NCBI GenBank assembly: GCA_039807745.1
Contig: JBDHRV010000001.1
Coordinates: 4,705-68,704, forward strand
DNA length: 64,000 nt
Direction: 5' to 3'
Source of the DNA: Burkholderiales bacterium
Lineage (GTDB): Bacteria; Pseudomonadota; Gammaproteobacteria; Burkholderiales; JAEUMW01
A program made the translations under genes and the position numbers. This document shows, one piece after another, positions 1 to 16,615 of this stretch. A model generated the notes under the pieces. It worked only from the letters and a program-made list of their open reading frames with translations, did not search any database and had not been told where the DNA came from. The number at the start of each line of letters is the position of its first letter. Within the stretch, counting starts at the first letter, position 1.

Positions 1-248
1 CGACCAGTTGATCGAGATGGCGCGTAAGGAAGCGGGGGGCAAGAAGAGCTAGTCGAACGCCCCCTGCACGAGCGTTGACGGCCGCGGTCGAGATCTCGCG
101 GCCGTCTTCGTTTGGACGCCCCGGAGAGCCCCGCGACCTCACCGTTCATGTGTGCCAGGACTTCCGCAGAGGTCCGACCCTTGCTTCCCCTCCGCACCGC
201 CTGTTGAATGACTGCCCCGACCGGGTGGATCGATCCGGGAAGCGAAAG

Positions 249-587
249 ATGGCGACGGAGGAAATCATGGACACGGACGGCACGCGCGTTCTCGCGCTGG
301 TGGGACTTAGCAATCACGACCTCGTACTCATCAAGAGCTTGGCGAAGCTCTCCGGGGGCAGACCCCGGAAGTATCGCGTCGCGCCGAGCAGCGAGCGCGC
401 GAGTGCCGATGTCTTCATCGTCAATGGCGACGATGCCTTCGCCATGCAGGAGGCGAAAAACCTGGTCGGTCAGCGGACCGCCACGGTCATCCACGTACGC
501 AAGGAAGCCAAGGGCGTGAACGGGCATCCGACCATCATCCTGCCCCTGCATGCGAAAGCCGTCTACGGCACCCTCGACAAGCTGTAG
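249..587 (+). CDS. hypothetical small protein (about 112 aa), no family recognised; weak receiver-like beta/alpha alternation
   Basis: Part of ORF 75..587. The first 58 codons from the TTG at 75 are Arg/Pro-rich and look non-coding. The first ATG at 249 (MATEEIMDTDGTRVLALVGL...) has GGAAG about 10 nt upstream. Confidence 0.4.
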   Translation: MATEEIMDTDGTRVLALVGLSNHDLVLIKSLAKLSGGRPRKYRVAPSSERASADVFIVNGDDAFAMQEAKNLVGQRTATVIHVRKEAKGVNGHPTIILPLHAKAVYGTLDKL

Positions 588-679
588 CCCGCGGACTGTC
601 TGCTGACTCCGGCAACGGCCGCCCCTGGGGACTGCCGGTTCGAGCTTGTCGTACTCATCTGCCGCGCTTGTCCGCGGCG

Positions 680-2506
<1,827 letters not shown>

Positions 2507-2577
2507 AGCCGTGGAATCCTCCAGGATGGGTCAAGACAAAGCGCAGAGAGACCGAACCGCGGAAAGCGGCCGGCAAG

Positions 2578-4002
2578 TCAAGTTTCGCCCTTCGGTTTCT
2601 TGCGCGGCCGCTGCCAGCCGTCGATGGCAACCTGTTTCACCCGCGAGATGGCGAGCGCGCCGGGGGGCACGTTGCGCGTGATGGTCGTACCGGCGCCGAT
2701 CGTGGCGCCCTCGCCAACGCGCACGGGCGCGACAAGCTGGGTGTCGGATCCGATGAACACGTCGTCCTCGATGACCGTCTTGTGCTTGTTGGCGCCGTCG
2801 TAATTGCACACGATCGTGCCCGCACCGACGTTTACGTTGCGGCCGACTTCGCTGTCACCCACATACGCGAGATGATTGGCCTTGGACCCTTCGTGGATGG
2901 TGCTGTTCTTCACCTCGACGAAGTTGCCGATGTGAACATGTCCGGCGATCCGCGTACCAGGCCGCATCCGCGCAAACGGGCCGATGCGGCATGCCGCGCC
3001 GATTTCGGCTTCCTCGAGATGGCAAAAGGGGAAGACCACCGAGCCGTCGCCGACCGCGACGTCGCGCAGCACGCAGTGCGAACCGATCGTCACGCCATGC
3101 CCCAGGCGCACTTCGCCTTCGAAAATGCAGCTGACGTCGATGGTGACATCGTCACCGCATTCGAGCGTCCCGCGCACGTCAATGCGCGCCGGGTCGGCGA
3201 GCGTCACACCGCGCGCGAGCAGGGTATCCGCCTGCTCTCGCTGGTAGATGCGTTCCAGGGATGCGAGGTTGCCCTTGCTGTTCACGCCCAGCGTCTCCCA
3301 CGCCGCCTCGGCCTGTGCCGTGATAACCGGGACGCCGTCGCGAATCGCGTGGGCAACGACGTCGGTAAGGTAGTACTCACGCTGGGCATTGTCGTTGCCG
3401 AGCGCGCCCAGCCAGCCGGCGAGCCGCTCGGCGGGGACCACCATGATGCCGGTGTTGACCTCCTTCAAGGCGCGTTCGGACTCGGTCGCATCGTTTTCCT
3501 CGACAATCCGCTGCACGCGCCCTGCGGCATCGCGCACGATGCGACCATAGCCCGTTGGATCCACGAGCACGGCGGTCACGACGTGGACGGCATCAGGCGG
3601 ATCGCCGGCGACGAGCCGCTGCAGCGTCCCGAGGCGCGTGAGCGGGACATCTCCGTACAGGATCAGCACCCGGCCATCGCGATCGATGTGGGGCAGGGCT
3701 TGCAAGACCGCGTGCCCGGTTCCGAGCTGCGGTTCCTGGAGGGCGAAGCAAAGATCCGGGGCGGCCAGGGACTCTCGCACCGCCTCGCCGCCGTGCCCAT
3801 ACACCACACAGATGCGCTGCGCGCCCAGCACCCGCGCCGTGTCGATCACATGCTGGGCGAGGTAACGACCACCCAGCCGGTGCAGGACTTTCGGCCGCGA
3901 CGAATACATCCGCTTGCCTTTGCCCGCAGCGAGAATCACCACGTTAAGGCGTGCGGTCACGGGTACGGGACTCGGCTCATGGGACTCCGGCATACGCAGC
4001 AT
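2578..4002 (-). CDS. glmU: bifunctional UDP-N-acetylglucosamine pyrophosphorylase / glucosamine-1-phosphate N-acetyltransferase
   Basis: N-terminal [14 protein letters not shown] nucleotidyltransferase motif and C-terminal hexapeptide-repeat beta-helix (…[30 protein letters not shown]…). Start could be the ATG at 4002 or 3993. Confidence 0.95.
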   Translation of the reverse strand: MLRMPESHEPSPVPVTARLNVVILAAGKGKRMYSSRPKVLHRLGGRYLAQHVIDTARVLGAQRICVVYGHGGEAVRESLAAPDLCFALQEPQLGTGHAVLQALPHIDRDGRVLILYGDVPLTRLGTLQRLVAGDPPDAVHVVTAVLVDPTGYGRIVRDAAGRVQRIVEENDATESERALKEVNTGIMVVPAERLAGWLGALGNDNAQREYYLTDVVAHAIRDGVPVITAQAEAAWETLGVNSKGNLASLERIYQREQADTLLARGVTLADPARIDVRGTLECGDDVTIDVSCIFEGEVRLGHGVTIGSHCVLRDVAVGDGSVVFPFCHLEEAEIGAACRIGPFARMRPGTRIAGHVHIGNFVEVKNSTIHEGSKANHLAYVGDSEVGRNVNVGAGTIVCNYDGANKHKTVIEDDVFIGSDTQLVAPVRVGEGATIGAGTTITRNVPPGALAISRVKQVAIDGWQRPRKKPKGET

Positions 4003-4070
4003 TCTAGCTGCGGGCCGCCGCTAAGACGAAGCAACAGGCCGGGTGGAAGCAACCCCTCGAAGCAGCGAGG

Positions 4071-4496
4071 TCAGCGTCCGCCTTTGCGCAATTTCTGGAT
4101 CGCCGCGAGCTGCGCGATCGCCTCGGCAAGCTCCGCCTCGGCCCTCGCGAAATCGATCTCGGCCGACCGATCCTTGAGGGCTTCCTCTGCCCGCTTCTTC
4201 GCTTCCGTGGCTTTGGCTTCGTCGAGATCGGGACCGCGGATGGCAGTGTCCGCGAGCACCGTGACCACGTCGGGCTGCACCTCGAGAATACCGCCGGACA
4301 CCCAAACCAGCTCCTGTTCCTCCTTCATGGGCAGCTTGAGGCGCACCGCGCCGGGACGAATGCGCGTGAGCAGCGGTGTATGCCGAGGCAGAATCCCGAT
4401 CTCCCCGGCTTCCGCAGGGGCGATCAGCATCTCGACCGGGCCCGCGAAGATGGACTCCTCGGCGCTGACGACGTCGACGTGCATGGTGATTGCCAT
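4071..4496 (-). CDS. atpC: F1 ATP synthase epsilon subunit
   Basis: 141 aa, [24 protein letters not shown]... Last gene of a complete atpIBEFHAGDC cluster. Confidence 0.93.
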   Translation of the reverse strand: MAITMHVDVVSAEESIFAGPVEMLIAPAEAGEIGILPRHTPLLTRIRPGAVRLKLPMKEEQELVWVSGGILEVQPDVVTVLADTAIRGPDLDEAKATEAKKRAEEALKDRSAEIDFARAEAELAEAIAQLAAIQKLRKGGR

Positions 4497-4509
4497 GGCG
4501 GCCCCTCCG

Positions 4510-6820
<2,311 letters not shown>

Positions 6821-6830
6821 CGGCGTGGCC

Positions 6831-8372
<1,542 letters not shown>

Positions 8373-8380
8373 GTTGACTC

Positions 8381-8917
8381 CTATTTCGTGAGGGCAGCCG
8401 CCATCGCATCCAGTTTGCCGCGTACGGAACCGTCGAGAACCTCGTCCCCGACCCGGATCACCGCGCCGCCAATGAGCGCCGGGTCAACCGTGGCTCGGGC
8501 GACGATCTTGCGCTTGAATCGAGCCTCCAGCTTCGCGACGAGCTTCTGCAACTGATCGTCGGTGAGCGCAAAGGCGGAGGCGACGCTCGCTTCGAGCATA
8601 CCCTCGTCGCGCTCCTTCAATTCTTCGTACAACGTGCTGATGTCAGGCAGTATCTCCGCCCGGCCGTTGCGCAGCAGCAGGCGCAGCAGGTTCTTGCCGG
8701 CCTCGGACATGCCACTGCCTGCGGTCGACAGAAGTAGATCGAGCTTCTGCTCATGCGACACGCGCGGGCTGGAAAGCATCGCCTTCATGCGGCCGTCGCG
8801 GGCCACGACCGCTGCGAACTTGAGCGCATCCGACCAAGCCCCAAGCTGGGATTCCTGCTTCGCAAGCTCGAATACGGCCTCGGCATACGGGCGCGCGATG
8901 GTGACGAGTTCGGCCAT
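8381..8917 (-). CDS. atpH: F1 ATP synthase delta (OSCP) subunit
   Basis: 178 aa, [19 protein letters not shown]... Lies between atpF and atpA. Confidence 0.9.
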   Translation of the reverse strand: MAELVTIARPYAEAVFELAKQESQLGAWSDALKFAAVVARDGRMKAMLSSPRVSHEQKLDLLLSTAGSGMSEAGKNLLRLLLRNGRAEILPDISTLYEELKERDEGMLEASVASAFALTDDQLQKLVAKLEARFKRKIVARATVDPALIGGAVIRVGDEVLDGSVRGKLDAMAAALTK

Positions 8918-8926
8918 GTCGTCCGC

Positions 8927-9397
8927 CTAGAGCTCGGCGCCGAGCGACTGCAGCAGCTGGCCGTGCGTCTTGGGGTCAACCTCGCGCTCCAGGATCTTCG
9001 ACGCACCGGTCACGGCCAGCGCCGCGACCTGCGCCCGCAACGCTTCCTTGGCGCGCGATATCTCGCGCTCGATCTCCGCCTGCGCTCCGGCCACCAGCTT
9101 GGCACCTTCCTGCTTGGCGACCTCCTTGCCTTCCTCCACGATCTGGGCCGCGCGCTTGTCCGCCTGGCCGATGATCTCCTGCGCCTGGACCTTCGCCGAA
9201 CGCAGAATCTCCTCGGCGCGGTGCGAGGCGAGCTCGAGGTCGTGCTTGCCGCGCTCCGCAGCGGCGAGCCCATCCGCGATGTGCTTCTGGCGATCGCCGA
9301 TGGCCCGCTGCAGCGGCGGCCACACGAACTTCATCGTGAACCAGATGAAGATCGCGAACCAGATCGCCTGGCCGATTAGTGTCGCATTGATGTCCAC
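8927..9397 (-). CDS. atpF: Fo ATP synthase b subunit
   Basis: One N-terminal TM segment (LIGQAIWFAIFIWFTMKFVW) followed by a long charged helix. GTG start at 9397 preceded by AGGAGA; the ORF-track start at 9454 is judged too long. Confidence 0.88.
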   Translation of the reverse strand: MDINATLIGQAIWFAIFIWFTMKFVWPPLQRAIGDRQKHIADGLAAAERGKHDLELASHRAEEILRSAKVQAQEIIGQADKRAAQIVEEGKEVAKQEGAKLVAGAQAEIEREISRAKEALRAQVAALAVTGASKILEREVDPKTHGQLLQSLGAEL

Positions 9398-9431
9398 GCT
9401 GATCTCTCCTACTCGTCCGCTAGCGCGAAAG

Positions 9432-9716
<285 letters not shown>

Positions 9717-9748
9717 TTAGCGATGAACCAACATTATGGGAAAGAGAC

Positions 9749-10914
<1,166 letters not shown>

Positions 10915-10946
10915 TCTAGGTTTCTGGCACGGTTTCTGTCAACCCA

Positions 10947-10963
10947 ATGCTGCATTGCAGCAT
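10947..10963. promoter_or_regulatory. 17-bp perfect palindrome between parB and the atp operon
   Basis: atgctgca-t-tgcagcat. It lies 18 nt downstream of the parB stop and 33 nt upstream of the atpI start. Confidence 0.35.
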
Positions 10964-10980
10964 GCCGACGTCCCACTTAC

Positions 10981-11826
10981 TCAACGCAGACGGGCCAACA
11001 CACCGTCCAGCTGATCCAGATTCGCATAGTGGATTACGAGCTTCCCACCGCCGCGTTTGGCGCTGTGGCTGACCGAAACAACGGTCCCTAACTTCTCCGA
11101 TAATTCCTCTTCCAGCGCGGAAATGTCCGGATCTTTCACGTGCGCGGCGGGCGCCGCGCCCCCCGGTTTGAGCCACCGACCGACCAGGCGCTCCGTCTCC
11201 CGCACCGACATGCCCTTGTGGGCGACTACCTCGGCGGCTTCGAGCTGGCGCGACGGCGGCAGTGCCAACAGCGCACGGCCGTGTCCCATGTCGAGTCGGC
11301 CACCCATGATCAGCTCCTGGATCGTCGCCGGCAGTGCGAGCAGTCGCAGCAAGTTGCTGACGGCGCTGCGCGAGCGCCCCACCGCCTGCGCTGCGACTTC
11401 GTGAGTCATGCGAAACTCGTCGATGAGGCGCTGGATACCTGCCGCTTCTTCGAGGGGATTCAGATTCTCGCGCTGGATGTTCTCGATGAGGGCCATGGCG
11501 AGCGCCGACTCATCGGGTACTTCCCGGACGACGGCCGGAATGTCGGCCAGACCCGCGCGCCGTGCCGCCCGCCACCGTCGCTCGCCGGCAATGATCTCGT
11601 AGCGGCCGTCGGCCACCGGTCGTACCAGGACCGGCTGTATCACGCCCTGCTGGCGGATCGACTCGGCGAGCTCATCCAGGCTTGCCTCGTCCATCTGGGT
11701 GCGCGGCTGATATCGACCCGGCTGCAGCAAATCCACGTTGAGGCTCTGCAGCGCGTCCACGGCCTGTCCGTTCTCCCCCGACAGGAGTGCGTCGAGACCG
11801 CGGCCCAATCCCTTCAGCTTGGCCAA
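10981..11826 (-). CDS. parB: chromosome partitioning protein ParB
   Basis: N-terminal (M)AKLKGLGRGLDALL motif, ParB-box IENIQRENLNPLEEA and an HTH region. TTG start at 11826, 8 nt after the parA stop; the longer ORF-track start overlaps parA and is rejected. Confidence 0.93.
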   Translation of the reverse strand: MAKLKGLGRGLDALLSGENGQAVDALQSLNVDLLQPGRYQPRTQMDEASLDELAESIRQQGVIQPVLVRPVADGRYEIIAGERRWRAARRAGLADIPAVVREVPDESALAMALIENIQRENLNPLEEAAGIQRLIDEFRMTHEVAAQAVGRSRSAVSNLLRLLALPATIQELIMGGRLDMGHGRALLALPPSRQLEAAEVVAHKGMSVRETERLVGRWLKPGGAAPAAHVKDPDISALEEELSEKLGTVVSVSHSAKRGGGKLVIHYANLDQLDGVLARLR

Positions 11827-11833
11827 ATTTTCC

Positions 11834-12610
11834 TCACCGCTGCGCCGCTTCCAGCCGTCCCAGCACTTCTCCGGCGAGTGCCAGGTAGGCCAGAGTCCCT
11901 TTGCAGTGTTTATCGAAAACGGCGGCCGGCAAGCCGTAGCTCGGAGCCTCCGCAAGCCGGACGTTGCGCGGAATCACGGTGTTGAAGACCTTGTTCCCGA
12001 AGTGCTGCTTGAGTTGATCGGACACATGATGGGCGAGCATATTGCGCGGATCGTACATCGTCCGCAGCAGACCATCGATCTCCAGTTGAGGATTAAGGTG
12101 AGCGCGCACTTTCTTGATCGTCCCCACCAAATCTGAAAGACCTTCGAGCGCGTAGTACTCGCACTGCATCGGAATCATGACCGCTTGCGCGGCGGTGAGC
12201 GCATTCACGGTCAGGAGACTCAGCGCCGGCGGGCAGTCGAGCAGGATGAAATCGTACTCGCCAATCAGCTCGTCGAGCGCGGACTTGAGTCGATGCTCGC
12301 GCCGCGGCAGATCGACCATTTCCACCTCTGCACCCGCCAGCTCCCGATTCGAAGGCAGGAGATGAAACAACCCTTTGGTTTCGATCAAGCGCACCGCGGA
12401 CGCCGGCTGGACGCCGAGCAGCACGTGGTAGACGGTATGCGTCAGGGCGCGCTTGTTGATGCCGCTACCCATGGTCGCGTTGCCCTGCGGATCGAGGTCT
12501 ACGAGCAGGACGCGCCGGTGGGCGGCAGCCAAGCCCGCAGCGAGGTTGACGCTGGTCGTGGTCTTGCCGACGCCCCCCTTCTGGTTCGCGACCGCTATGA
12601 TCCTGGCCAT
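11834..12610 (-). CDS. parA: chromosome partitioning ATPase ParA (Soj)
   Basis: [19 protein letters not shown] deviant Walker A. The ATG at 12610 overlaps the rsmG stop by 1 nt. Confidence 0.95.
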   Translation of the reverse strand: MARIIAVANQKGGVGKTTTSVNLAAGLAAAHRRVLLVDLDPQGNATMGSGINKRALTHTVYHVLLGVQPASAVRLIETKGLFHLLPSNRELAGAEVEMVDLPRREHRLKSALDELIGEYDFILLDCPPALSLLTVNALTAAQAVMIPMQCEYYALEGLSDLVGTIKKVRAHLNPQLEIDGLLRTMYDPRNMLAHHVSDQLKQHFGNKVFNTVIPRNVRLAEAPSYGLPAAVFDKHCKGTLAYLALAGEVLGRLEAAQR

Positions 12611-13236
12611 CAGGCGCGCTTCATGAGCACCAGATGGCGCGCCGCCTGAATTCCGGGAACGGTCAGCGGCATCACGCTTTCCACCCGCCACTCAGGGGGT
12701 AGCAAGGCGAGCTCTTCGTCCGGGTACAAGCCCTTCATGGCCGCGAGCGTTCCAGCGGGGGCGACCAGCCGGCCCGCCAGCCGGGCAAACTCCGGCAAAT
12801 CGGAAAATGCCCGCGAGATCACGAGATCGAATCCGCCTGCGGGTTCAACCGCCTCCACCCGCTCCCCCGTGACGACGGCGTTCGCGATGGCAAGCTCCGC
12901 GATCGCCTGAGCCAGGAAGGTGCTCTTCTTGTGGTTGCTCTCAATCAACGTGACGCGCCAATCCGGACGAGCGAGCGCGAGCGGGATGCCGGGCAGGCCC
13001 GCGCCGCTGCCCACGTCCGCCGTGCGCCCCCCCACCAGATGGGGCAATACCGCGAGACAGTCGAGCACATGGTGGGTGAGCGCCTTGTCGGCCTCTCGGA
13101 TCGCCGTCAGGTTGTAGACGCGGTTCCATTTGCCTATGAGCTCCAGATAGGCGATCAGTCTGCCGGCAACCGCCGTGGGCAGGCTGATATCCAGCTCCAG
13201 CAGCGATCTCTCCAGTTGATCCACGACTGCGTTCAT
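12610..13236 (-). CDS. rsmG: 16S rRNA (guanine527-N7)-methyltransferase
   Basis: 208 aa, SAM motif [14 protein letters not shown], in the conserved mnmG-rsmG-parAB order. Confidence 0.93.
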   Translation of the reverse strand: MNAVVDQLERSLLELDISLPTAVAGRLIAYLELIGKWNRVYNLTAIREADKALTHHVLDCLAVLPHLVGGRTADVGSGAGLPGIPLALARPDWRVTLIESNHKKSTFLAQAIAELAIANAVVTGERVEAVEPAGGFDLVISRAFSDLPEFARLAGRLVAPAGTLAAMKGLYPDEELALLPPEWRVESVMPLTVPGIQAARHLVLMKRA

Positions 13237-15128
13237 GCCGACCTCTTCTGCACACGTTGGCCGTGTCGCTTCAAGTGTACGAGCAGGAGCGAGATCGCGG
13301 CCGGGGTGACGCCCGGGATGCGCGCAGCCTGACCAAGCGTCTGCGGGCGGTGCAGGTGTAGCTTTTCTCGCACTTCCACCGAGAGTCCGCGCACGGTGCG
13401 GTAGTCGAGATCCTCGGGCATCGGGGTTTCCTCGCTGTTCCGATGCCGAGCGATCTCCCCCCGCTGACGGTCGATGTAGCCATGATACTTGGCCTGGATC
13501 TCGACCTGTTCGGCGACCTTGGGATCGTCCGTGGCCGGACCGGCACCCGGCAGCGACATCAGACTCTCGTAGCTCACCTGCGGCCGGCGCAGGAGCGCTT
13601 CCAGGGAGTGCTCGCGCTCCATCGGCTGCCCGAGCACTCGCAGCGCGGCGTCGGGCGGGACGTGCCGCGCACCGAGATACGTGCTGCGCAGGCGCATCGT
13701 CTCGCGCTCTATCGCCTCGCGTTTGCGTTCGAAGGCCTCCCAGCGCGTGTCGTCCACGAGCCCCAGACTTCGTCCCGTTGAGCTAAGGCGCAGGTCCGCA
13801 TTGTCCTCCCGCAAGCTCAGGCGGTACTCGGCCCGGCTGGTGAACATGCGATAGGGCTCGGTCACCCCACGGGCCACCAGATCGTCGACCAGCACCCCGA
13901 GGTATGCCTCGTCCCGGCGCGGGCTCCAGCCTGCTTCGCCCGAGGCATGAAGGGAGGCATTGACGCCAGCCAGCAGCCCCTGCGCCGCCGCCTCCTCGTA
14001 GCCGGTCGTGCCGTTTATCTGGCCCGCGAAGAAAAGCCCTGCAATGGACCGCGTTTCCAGCGTCCGCTCGAGCGCCCGCGGGTCGAAATAGTCGTACTCG
14101 ATGGCATAGCCCGGCCGCAGGATGTGAGCTGCCTCCAACCCCTTGATGGAACGAACGATATCGATCTGGACATCGAACGGGAGGCTGGTCGAGATACCGT
14201 TCGGATAGATCTCGTGCGTGCCCAAGCCCTCGGGCTCGAGAAAGATCTGATGCGATGACTTGCCCTCGAAGCGGGTCACCTTGTCTTCGATCGAAGGGCA
14301 GTAGCGCGGACCAATCCCCTCGATGACCCCGGTGTACAGAGGCGAGCGATCCAGGCCGGCGCGGATTGCATCGTGGGTGCGAGCGTTCGTGTGAGTGATC
14401 CAGCACGGCACCTGGCGCGGATGCTGGGCCGCGTTCCCCAGGAAGGAGAACACGGGGGTCGGCAGATCGCCCGGCTGGATCGTCATTACCGAGAAATCGA
14501 TCGTGCGACCATCCAGACGCGGCGGCGTACCGGTCTTGAGGCGACCTACGGGGAGCTTCAACTCGCGCAAACGATGAGCCAGTTTGATCGCCGGCGGGTC
14601 GCCGGCGCGCCCGGCCTGGTAGTTCTGCAAGCCCACGTGGACCAGTCCGGCCAGGAAGGTGCCGGTCGTGAGCACCACCGCCCGGGCATGGAACCGCACC
14701 CCGAGCTGGGTGACCGCTCCCGCGATCCGGTCCCCGTCCAGGATCAGATCATCGACAGCCTGTTGAAAGAGCCAAAGATTCTGCTGATTTTCGAGCCGCC
14801 GACGGATCGCCTGCCGGTAGAGCACGCGGTCCGCCTGGGCGCGCGTTGCCCGCACGGCCGGTCCCTTGCTCGCATTCAGGACACGGAACTGGATACCGGC
14901 TTCGTCCGCCGCAGCCGCCATCGCCCCACCCAGGGCATCGATCTCCTTGACCAGATGTCCTTTGCCGATGCCACCGATCGAGGGATTGCACGACATCTGA
15001 CCCAGCGTTTCGAGATTGTGGGTCAGGAGCAGCGTGCGGCTGCCGCGTCGCGCAGCGGCCAGAGCGGCTTCGGTTCCAGCATGCCCGCCGCCTATCACGA
15101 TCACGTCGAAGTCGCTGGGATATCGCAT
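13233..15128 (-). CDS. mnmG: tRNA uridine 5-carboxymethylaminomethyl modification enzyme
   Basis: 631 aa, FAD-binding N-terminus [20 protein letters not shown], GidA family throughout. Confidence 0.97.
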   Translation of the reverse strand: MRYPSDFDVIVIGGGHAGTEAALAAARRGSRTLLLTHNLETLGQMSCNPSIGGIGKGHLVKEIDALGGAMAAAADEAGIQFRVLNASKGPAVRATRAQADRVLYRQAIRRRLENQQNLWLFQQAVDDLILDGDRIAGAVTQLGVRFHARAVVLTTGTFLAGLVHVGLQNYQAGRAGDPPAIKLAHRLRELKLPVGRLKTGTPPRLDGRTIDFSVMTIQPGDLPTPVFSFLGNAAQHPRQVPCWITHTNARTHDAIRAGLDRSPLYTGVIEGIGPRYCPSIEDKVTRFEGKSSHQIFLEPEGLGTHEIYPNGISTSLPFDVQIDIVRSIKGLEAAHILRPGYAIEYDYFDPRALERTLETRSIAGLFFAGQINGTTGYEEAAAQGLLAGVNASLHASGEAGWSPRRDEAYLGVLVDDLVARGVTEPYRMFTSRAEYRLSLREDNADLRLSSTGRSLGLVDDTRWEAFERKREAIERETMRLRSTYLGARHVPPDAALRVLGQPMEREHSLEALLRRPQVSYESLMSLPGAGPATDDPKVAEQVEIQAKYHGYIDRQRGEIARHRNSEETPMPEDLDYRTVRGLSVEVREKLHLHRPQTLGQAARIPGVTPAAISLLLVHLKRHGQRVQKRSA

Positions 15129-15208
15129 ATGGGATGAAAAGAATGCCGCTGTCGCGGGCGCTCATGATACCTGAAGCCCGCGCGGGAAGTCGCTGGCGCC
15201 AGCAGATA

Positions 15209-15224
15209 CGTTTCACGTGAAACA
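15209..15224. promoter_or_regulatory. parS site (ParB-binding centromere), 15/16 match
   Basis: cgtttcacgtgaaaca versus the consensus TGTTNCACGTGAAACA; only position 1 differs. Confidence 0.8.
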
Positions 15225-15234
15225 TCGTGTGCCG

Positions 15235-15250
15235 TGTTTCACGTGAAACA
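15235..15250. promoter_or_regulatory. parS site (ParB-binding centromere), perfect 16-bp palindrome
   Basis: tgtttcacgtgaaaca matches the parS consensus at all 16 positions. It lies 2.6 kb from parAB. Confidence 0.9.
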
Positions 15251-15256
15251 ACCGCG

Positions 15257-16594
15257 CTACTTGCCGATGCAGAAGCGCGAGAAGATCTCCCCCAGCAGAT
15301 CATCGGGGGTATTGGCGCCCATGATCGACCCCAGGGCGTCGTGCGCGAGGCGAAGCTGCTCCGCCACCAGTTCGAGGCGGCTGCTGTCGGCTTGCGCTTC
15401 CGCGAGCAGGGTCTCGGCAGCTCGAAGCGCGTCGAGATGACGTTCCCGCGCCATGAAGAGCCCCTCCCCGGTGCCCCGCCAACCCACTGCCTCGAGCAGG
15501 GCATCCTCCAAGACCTCGACCCCCGCACCCGTCAAAGCAGAAAGCCGCACCCGCACCTCCCCTGCTCGGTTCTCCAGCCCCGGCGTTTCGCCTGTGAGAT
15601 CGATCTTGTTCGCCACTTCGATTCGCGGTAGCGAAGGCGGCAGCCTGCCCCACCATTCCTCCCCGTCATCCGTCGCCGCTCCGGCGTCGCGCATCAGCAC
15701 CACCACGTCCGCGCGTTCGATCGCCGACCAGGCGCGTTCGATACCGAGGCGCTCCACCGGGTCCATCGACTCCCGCAATCCGGCGGTATCGATCACCTGC
15801 ATCGGCACCCCCCGAATCTGCAAAACCTGCCGGATGGGGTCTCGAGTGGTGCCGGGGATGGGGGTCACGATCGCCGCGTCCTCCCCGGCCAGTCGGTTCA
15901 GCAGACTGGACTTCCCGACATTGGGGCGCCCCGCCAGAACGACCTGTATTCCTTCTCGCAGCAGACTGCCCTGCCTCGATGCCGCTACCGTCTGCGCGAC
16001 GCGATGCCGCAGACGGTGCAGGCGACCCAGCATATCGCCCGACTGCAGGAACTCGATCTCTTCGTCCGGGAAATCGAGGGTGCCCTCGACCAGCACCCGC
16101 AAGTCCATGAGCTCCCGGCAGAGCTCTTCGATTGCCTGAGAGAACTCTCCGGTGAGTGAGCGCAGCGCGCACTTGGCAGCTTCTTCGGTGCCGGCTTCGA
16201 TCAGATCCGCGACCGCCTCGGCCTGCGCCAGATCGATCTTGTCGTTCGAGAAAGCCCGGAATGTAAACTCGCCTGGCTGCGCCGCGCGGGCGCCGAACGC
16301 GACGCATGCGCGCACTAGGCGCGCCAGCAGGACCGGTCCGCCGTGCCCCTGGAGTTCGAGCATGTCCTCCCCGGTAAAGGAGGCGGGCGCTGGGAAGTAG
16401 AGTGCGAGACCCTGGTCTATCGTTGCCCCGTGCTCGTCGCGAAAAAGGGCCAGTGCCGCGTGGCGCGCTGGCGGCGTGCGGCCGAGCACTCCGGTGGCTA
16501 CACGCTCGATGTCGGGCCCGGAGACCCGCACGATGCCGATCGCGCCACGTCCCGCCGCAGTGGCAATGGCGACGATCGTGTCGCCGCGCTTCAT
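15257..16594 (-). CDS. mnmE: tRNA modification GTPase
   Basis: 445 aa, G1 motif GRPNVGKSSLLN, C-terminal FCIGK tetrapeptide typical of MnmE/TrmE. Confidence 0.96.
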   Translation of the reverse strand: MKRGDTIVAIATAAGRGAIGIVRVSGPDIERVATGVLGRTPPARHAALALFRDEHGATIDQGLALYFPAPASFTGEDMLELQGHGGPVLLARLVRACVAFGARAAQPGEFTFRAFSNDKIDLAQAEAVADLIEAGTEEAAKCALRSLTGEFSQAIEELCRELMDLRVLVEGTLDFPDEEIEFLQSGDMLGRLHRLRHRVAQTVAASRQGSLLREGIQVVLAGRPNVGKSSLLNRLAGEDAAIVTPIPGTTRDPIRQVLQIRGVPMQVIDTAGLRESMDPVERLGIERAWSAIERADVVVLMRDAGAATDDGEEWWGRLPPSLPRIEVANKIDLTGETPGLENRAGEVRVRLSALTGAGVEVLEDALLEAVGWRGTGEGLFMARERHLDALRAAETLLAEAQADSSRLELVAEQLRLAHDALGSIMGANTPDDLLGEIFSRFCIGK

Positions 16595-16615
16595 CCTCGA
16601 CCCGGCCGAGCGCCG

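Noticed and set aside
2-52. Possible 3-prime end of a plus-strand gene (…DQLIEMARKEAGGKKS stop)
   Set aside because: Seventeen codons at the window edge are too few to choose between frames or strands, so it is not reported as a feature.
75-248. TTG-initiated N-terminal 58 codons of ORF 75-587
   Set aside because: The composition (RPSSFGRPGEPRD...PPHRLLNDCPDRVDRSGKRK) looks non-coding, and the ATG at 249 has a better ribosome-binding context.
661-678. GCCGCG-6 nt-CGCGGC hairpin just downstream of glmS (a possible terminator between convergent genes)
   Set aside because: The stem is short and no T/U-run follows on either strand, so this is insufficient to call a terminator.
10925-10940. TGGCAC-N5-CTGT resembling a sigma-54 -24/-12 promoter
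   Set aside because: The -12 element does not match TTGC. The motif is on the plus strand, pointing into the 3-prime end of parB, with no plus-strand gene to drive.
11133-11142. CTTTCACGTG half of a parS site inside parB
   Set aside because: Only one arm of the palindrome is present (followed by cgcgg rather than aaaca), so it is not counted as a parS site.
15129-15256. mnmE-mnmG spacer as an E. coli-style gidA-adjacent oriC
   Set aside because: The spacer is only 128 bp and is largely occupied by the two parS palindromes. I found no DnaA-box-like 9-mers or AT-rich unwinding tract there.
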